NCBI GenBank assembly: GCA_964016885.1
Contig: OZ024756.1
Span: forward strand, 40,176,001-40,240,000
DNA: 64,000 nt
Source: Eledone cirrhosa
Lineage: Eukaryota
Reading direction: 5' to 3'
The notes below the pieces were generated by a model. The model had not been told where the DNA came from and did not search any database. It saw only the letters and a list, made by a program, of their open reading frames with translations. Position numbers and translations under genes: made by a program. Position 1 is the first letter of the stretch. Each line of letters starts with the position of its first letter. Positions 42,922-64,000 of the stretch are shown here, in pieces.

Positions 42922-43311
42922 TTAACCCTTTAGCATTTAAACTGGCCGTATCTGGCCAGAATTCTCTCACCTCTTTCTGTTCAAACCGGCTGAAATTGGC
43001 CACTCATACTGACGTTAAGGTATTGTTCTCAAAATAAATAATATCAAAATCTCATAGATTCAATATTATGTGAGATAGAGGGTTTACCATGAAAATACAA
43101 TAGTAAATATAGAGTAATTGTTTCTACTTTTGGCACAAGGCCAGCAATTATCACAGTGTATTACTGGTACTTTATTTTATCGACCCCCGTAAGGATGAAA
43201 GGCAAAGTTAACCAGACCATAAAGGGCCGTAACTCTTTGCTGCAAAGCATGGCGTCCGACCCTCTACCGATACTGCCAATCCACTCAGTAATATAAATGC
43301 TAAAGAGGTAA
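42922..43311. mobile_element. piggyBac-type MITE interrupted by a SINE (43119-43286, -)
   Basis: The MITE is split near its end and the SINE is flanked by an AGTAAT duplication (43113-43118 / 43287-43292). Confidence 0.85.
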
Positions 43312-43639
43312 GTGAAACAAAGGATATCATCTTTCTATATAAGGACCAACAAACAACTCCTGGCTAACATCCTAACATGTTTGTTATCATATTTTTAACA
43401 GGATGTTAAGAGTTAAGTAACATCATGAGAGCAATATTTTAGTTGCAATGCTGAGGAAATGGTGTTATTAAGAGTTCATTCTCAGATGTTTTCAGAGGTC
43501 AAATTTATGAATTTACAGCACACAACAATGACATCTTTGGGAAGATTTGTCTTTGAACTAGGAAAAACAAACAAACAAGAAAAACATAATTGATAAAACA
43601 TTAAAAGATTAGTATCAGAAAAGTAACAGGACTTAGTTT

Positions 43640-44515
43640 GCTATGTGAGCTATGAGTGGGGGGGTCAGCGGGTTATGTCAGCTATGAGTGGGGGGTCAGC
43701 GGGTTGTGTGTGCTATGTGAGCTATGAGTGGGGGGGTCAACGGGTTGTGTGTGCTATGTGAGCTATGAGTGGGGGGTCAGCGGGTTATGTCAGCTATGAG
43801 TGGGGGGTCAGCGGGTTGTGTGTGCTATGTGAGCTATGAGTGGGGGGTCAGCGGGTTATGTCAGCTATGAGTGGGGGGTCAGCGGGTTATGTCAGCTATG
43901 TGAGCTATGAATGGGGGGGTCAACGGGTTGTGTGTGCTATGTGAGCTATGAGTGGGGGGTCAGCGGGTTATGTCAGCTATGAGTGGGGGGTCAGCGGGTT
44001 ATGTCAGCTATGTGAGCTATGAATGGGGGGGGTCAACGGGTTGTGTGTGCTATGTGAGCTATGAGTGGGGCGTCAGCGGGTTATGTCAGCTATGTGAGCT
44101 ATGAATGGGGGGGTCAACGGGTTGTGTGTGCTATGTGAGCTATGAGTGGGGGGTCAGCGGGTTGTGTGTGGTATGTGAGCTATGAGTGGGGGGTCAGCGG
44201 GTTGTGTGTGGTATGTGAGCTATGAGTGGGGGGGTCAGCGGGTTATGTCAGCTATGAGTGGGGGGTCAGCGGGTTGTGTGTGCTATGTGAGCTATGAGTG
44301 GGGGGTCAACGGGTTATGTCAGCTATGAGTGGGGGGGTCAGCGGGTTGTGTGTGCTATGTGAGCTATGAGAGGCGGGTAGGGATCAGTGGGTTGTGTGAT
44401 CTATGAGTGGGGGGTAGGGATTAGTGGGCTGTGTGTGCTATGACAGGGGGGGGTAGGGATTTGCGGGTTGTGTGTGCTATGCGAGCTATGAGTGGGGGGG
44501 GGATTTGCGGGTTGC
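43640..44515. repeat. G-rich minisatellite (GCTATGTGAGCTATGAGTGGGGGGTCAGCGGGTTGTGTGT and shorter variants)
   Basis: More than 20 units of ~29-40 bp with G6-G8 tracts. Confidence 0.92.
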
Positions 44516-45213
44516 GCCACTGTGTGACATAATATCTGGGGAGTATGTCACTACGATCTCAGCTCTCTGCAGCCATTTTTTGTGGGATTTTGTTAACAGC
44601 TCCTTAATTTTAGGCTGTCGAGTAATGGGCACAGAGCAACAAAAATGGAGTATGGTGTTGGCAATTAGATATGTAGAAAGCTTGTGAAACAGAGGGTCGG
44701 GGTGACCCTTCACAAATGTCAAGGACAAAACAGCTTTCCTAGTGTTTGGTAATGTAGAGTGGTTGGAGATAGGAAGTGCATCTAGCCATAGAAAGATTTT
44801 CAAACAAAGGGTTGGAAGGACCCTTCAGTTGTATCAAAGACATGACAATCTCTCCTGTGCAGTTGATAGAACATGAGACTGTACATAAGTGAAACAACAG
44901 ATCACTGGCCTGTCCAGGAGATCAGTAGCTCCGCTTCAGTACTGACTTGGTCTATGTAGACCCTTCTAACCATTGCTGACAGGATTCAGAGAGAGATAAA
45001 GAGAGTAAGACAGAGGGGGAGAGAGGGAGGGAAGGGTGAAGACAGAGAGAGAGGGAGTAGGAAGTATGCAGTACTTACAGGTAAACCTGAACTGGTGAAA
45101 TATCAGAAAACCAAGTTGTCCTCCTCTTCCCCCCTTTTCTTCTTTTTTTCTTTTTCTTCCTCTTTTTTTCTTTTTCTTTATCTTTTTCTTCTTCTTCTTC
45201 TTCTTCTTCTTCT

Positions 45214-63830
<18,617 letters not shown>

Positions 63831-64000
63831 GTTGGCTGAATTTGGTAAATATAATTTGGTTATCTTTATTATTATTACAATTCAGATAATTATTATTATT
63901 CAGATAATTATATTACTAAATATCTACAAATTCTTGATTATTTTGAAAATTATTTGAAACTCATAGACAGTGCCGTTCATAAGAAGTTTAGTAATAAAAG

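Overview
AT-rich animal genomic DNA dense in (TA)n microsatellites. The SINE families, TGEKP C2H2 array and gene content point to an octopus or related cephalopod (inference). Five intron-containing or single-exon genes were rebuilt by hand from splice sites and reading phase: (1) the 5' part of PEX12 (-); (2) a 5-exon DPM3 (+), head-to-head with PEX12 and absent from the ORF track; (3) a 6-exon orphan nuclear receptor (-, 461 aa, probably NR7/NR8-like); (4) a single-exon 17-finger C2H2 gene (-); (5) a 10-exon type-I membrane protein with Cys-rich, F-type-lectin-like and EGF-like domains (-, 412 aa). The rest is mobile and repetitive DNA: a TTAA-targeting piggyBac-type MITE in about 11 often nested copies, tRNA-derived SINEs, mariner remnants, RTE/CR1/Vingi/RLE LINE fragments and several satellites. 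The most interesting signal is a set of Penelope-like (GIY-YIG) remnants and short non-coding inserts that sit in (TA)n tracts and carry minimal hammerhead-ribozyme motifs, some inside long hairpins. Most long ORFs in the track are microsatellite artefacts.
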